Shown piece after piece: positions 61,228-64,000 of a DNA stretch of 64,000 bases. Both the position numbers and the translations under genes were made by a program. The notes under the pieces are model-generated. The model was given only the letters and a program-made list of their open reading frames with translations. It ran no database searches and had not been told where the DNA came from. The stretch spans positions 10,664,001 to 10,728,000 of the forward strand of contig CM022670.1 in NCBI GenBank assembly GCA_012295275.1. Direction: 5' to 3'. The stretch is from Chrysomallon squamiferum. Taxonomy: Eukaryota > Animalia > Mollusca. Every line of letters starts with the position of its first letter. Position 1 is the stretch's first letter.

Positions 61228-62730
61228 AACCCCAACCCTCCAGAAAAGACTGATGGTAATATGTGATACGATAAACATCATTCGTCCTTGATTTACGTAT
61301 TTCTCTCTCAGTCTCTTTCCCTCTTTTTCTCTGATAGTTTACATTTCCTTCTGTCGCTAACTGTATCTAAAGAATTAATAGTAATTTATGTGCATGTGTG
61401 TATTTATAATGACGAAAACAAAAAATCATTTTATCAAGTAACTAACTATAGACGATCTTTTTCTTTTATATTCTTCAGTCGCTAGCGAAACCGAAATGGA
61501 AGGACCCCCTTTGACTAGATTAGTCGTGGCGCACGGGTTGGAACGGGACAGTGTTTTAAAAACTGACCTGTAATCGTTTTGGTCGGGGATCGAAATAGAA
61601 TAAAGTTATGTTAATGATAAGCAAAAGGCCTTGGTAAGCGATATCAACGTCTCAAAATCGTCATTTTAGCAGTTACTGCATGTCAGAGTCCCCTCAAGTC
61701 ATACTGTCCACGTATTCTGCGAGATTTTGTAACCGTACGGAAGTACGCAGTTCCTTCAGCACACATCTCAATAATAACTTAGATACGTCTGAAGCAGCAA
61801 ATGGTTAACAGTTTGAAATTTAATGTATGTATGTATGTACGTATGTATTTTTGTGTGTATGTATATTTTGTATGTATGCATGTATGCAAGTAAGTAGGAG
61901 TATGTGTATGTATGTATGTGTAAATGTTTATGTATGTATGTAAATATGTGTATACGTATTAAAAATAAAAAGTGACTGAAGGAAAATAAAAGAGTCCGTA
62001 ACATACATATAAGAACTCCATATTTCCTTTTTTCAGTTTTCAGGCTGATGGAAGATATAAATACTTTGAATATGCATGCTACATATATATATATGTATGT
62101 ATGTATGTATGTATTTATGTATGTATGTGTATGAATGTTTTTATTTATAATTGTAAATATGTAGTATTTTTGATTATGTATAGTTTATGTGTGTATGTTT
62201 GTTTGTGTGTGTATGCGTTTGTGAGATTTTAAGCATGTTCCAGTCTCTCTCTTCTTATCTTCTCTTAAATCTCATCTCTCTCTCTCTCTCTCAGTATTGC
62301 TCACTCCAAAAATCCGCCACTGATGCAAGCAGTGCAGACTTAAGGGAAAAAACAAAAATCTATGAAAAACAATAGTTTTTTTGTTTTTTGCTCAGAATAA
62401 CGTTAGAAACAGAACAGCAGCTGTCACTAACGAAACCGCTCACTTAATTACACTGAACTGTCGTGGCTTTGTGAACGTCACTTTCTATTTCTCTCCAGTT
62501 GTAATCGATTTTACCTGTCGTGCTTGAGCCCTGGGGCATTTAGATGAATTAATAAATTACAACCTGTTTTGATACAGTGAAAGTGTAATAACTACAGAGG
62601 TTTGTTTCCCCATACAGCTAGCTATCAGCATTGAATGCAACAGAAAAAACTCAAAAATTTGTTTACAGTTTTTCATTTATTTGTCCCACGGTATATTTAT
62701 CTCTCTCTTTCCATATCTGTGTATGTTTAT

Positions 62731-62820
<90 letters not shown>

Positions 62821-62824
62821 TTAT

Positions 62825-62870
<46 letters not shown>

Positions 62871-63149
62871 CTCTATATTTGTATGTTAAAGTATGTTTAT
62901 GTGTGTGTGTGTGTGTGTGTGTTTGTTTTTTGTTTATATGTTTATGTTTTATGTGTGTGTGTGTGTGTGTGTGTTTGCATTTTTGTTTATATATATGTAT
63001 TTATGTATGCATGTACATGTATATTTATTTGTTTATGTTTATGTATGTAAGAATGAATATTATGTTCTCTTATTTCTTATGTATTATCTATGTCTTAGAC
63101 TTTGCCCATAGACATTATTTAGACGCAATAGGCAAATGCTCTCTCTCTC

Positions 63150-63189
<40 letters not shown>

Positions 63190-64000
63190 ATACATTTTAA
63201 TTCTCATATTAGCAATGAAGATAAGCGAGAAATAACGTGGAAAACAGGATTAAAATTAGTCACCTACACAGTCATAAAGTCTGTTTATTGCAGCTATACA
63301 TCTGTACTTAAAATTGAATAATTTTCAACAGGTCGTCTGTACCAAATGGAATACCGGGTACCCCGGTTCACAAGGGAGGTAACTGTGCGGAGATCATTGT
63401 GATTCATACACAACAAGTCGATCGCCTTAAACGGTTTGCTAAGTACAATTCGATAATCAATTCTTCCAAACCGAACAGCGAACTAATGAAAACGGAACTG
63501 CACGATCGAAACAGTGGTGCAAGTTTTCCACTTGCTGGCATTGATGGATTTCAATGTATTCCATTCGCTAATGCGTCTTCATGAATGACGCCCCCGCGCG
63601 ACAGGAACTGAAGTAATCGGAAAGTACCGAAAATAAATCGGTCGTCCAGATGCTACAGAGCCGAGTGCATTTCGACAAACAACCAACAGCGACTTTAACC
63701 GTGACTCATGTTGCCGAACAGGTTAAAAACGAGAAGAAGAGAACGAGACAGAGAGAGAGAAAATACCACATTTATTTTATTATTCCCTTTTGCGATAGTG
63801 ACGGCTGCAGTTTCAACAACATCTGAGTCACGCTCCAGTCAGCTCCAGTTTTACTCATGGCCCCCTGAAAGTCGGTCAGCCTTGACAGTGGGGTTACGAT
63901 ATTGCGCAAAAAGTATTCGAGGTTACTCGGTGCGTTTCGGAAATGGAGAAAATAGCGTTGGCGCCGTTACGAATGGGTAGTATTACTAGCAGTACTTTAA

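Noticed and set aside
61520-61600. tRNA or tRNA-derived SINE head (GTGGCGCA...GGATCGAAA); similar weak hint at ~23048-23130
   Set aside because: No cloverleaf and only degenerate A/B boxes; cannot be supported without a repeat library.
63390-63402. bantam-like GAGATCATTGTGA
   Set aside because: The match ends after 13 nt and no pre-miRNA-quality stem forms.

Overview
AT-rich, intron-containing animal genomic DNA, probably a lophotrochozoan such as a mollusc (inferred from gene content and microsatellite style; not provable here). Bases 1-40 kb hold five spliced genes that I reconstructed exon by exon: the 5' part of CYFIP/Sra-1 (-); a 71-aa SMIM20/phoenixin precursor that the ORF track misses entirely (-); an MGQTLS-type PP2C phosphatase with a U12-type intron (+); a GH3-domain protein with a GC-AG intron (-); and fucose-1-phosphate guanylyltransferase (+). 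Bases 40-64 kb have no recognisable coding exon. They retain CpG, are rich in microsatellites, and contain a TA-flanked MITE, two minisatellites, a microsatellite-mediated fold-back and several promoter/enhancer-like islands. The best 'unknown' candidate is the island at 48071-48359: a run of consecutive stem-loops whose first stem is also an inverted pair of metal-response-element (MRE) motifs. I found no convincing novel multi-gene system, and no CRISPR array, rRNA or intact tRNA. Most ORF-track entries are microsatellite, intron or antisense artefacts.
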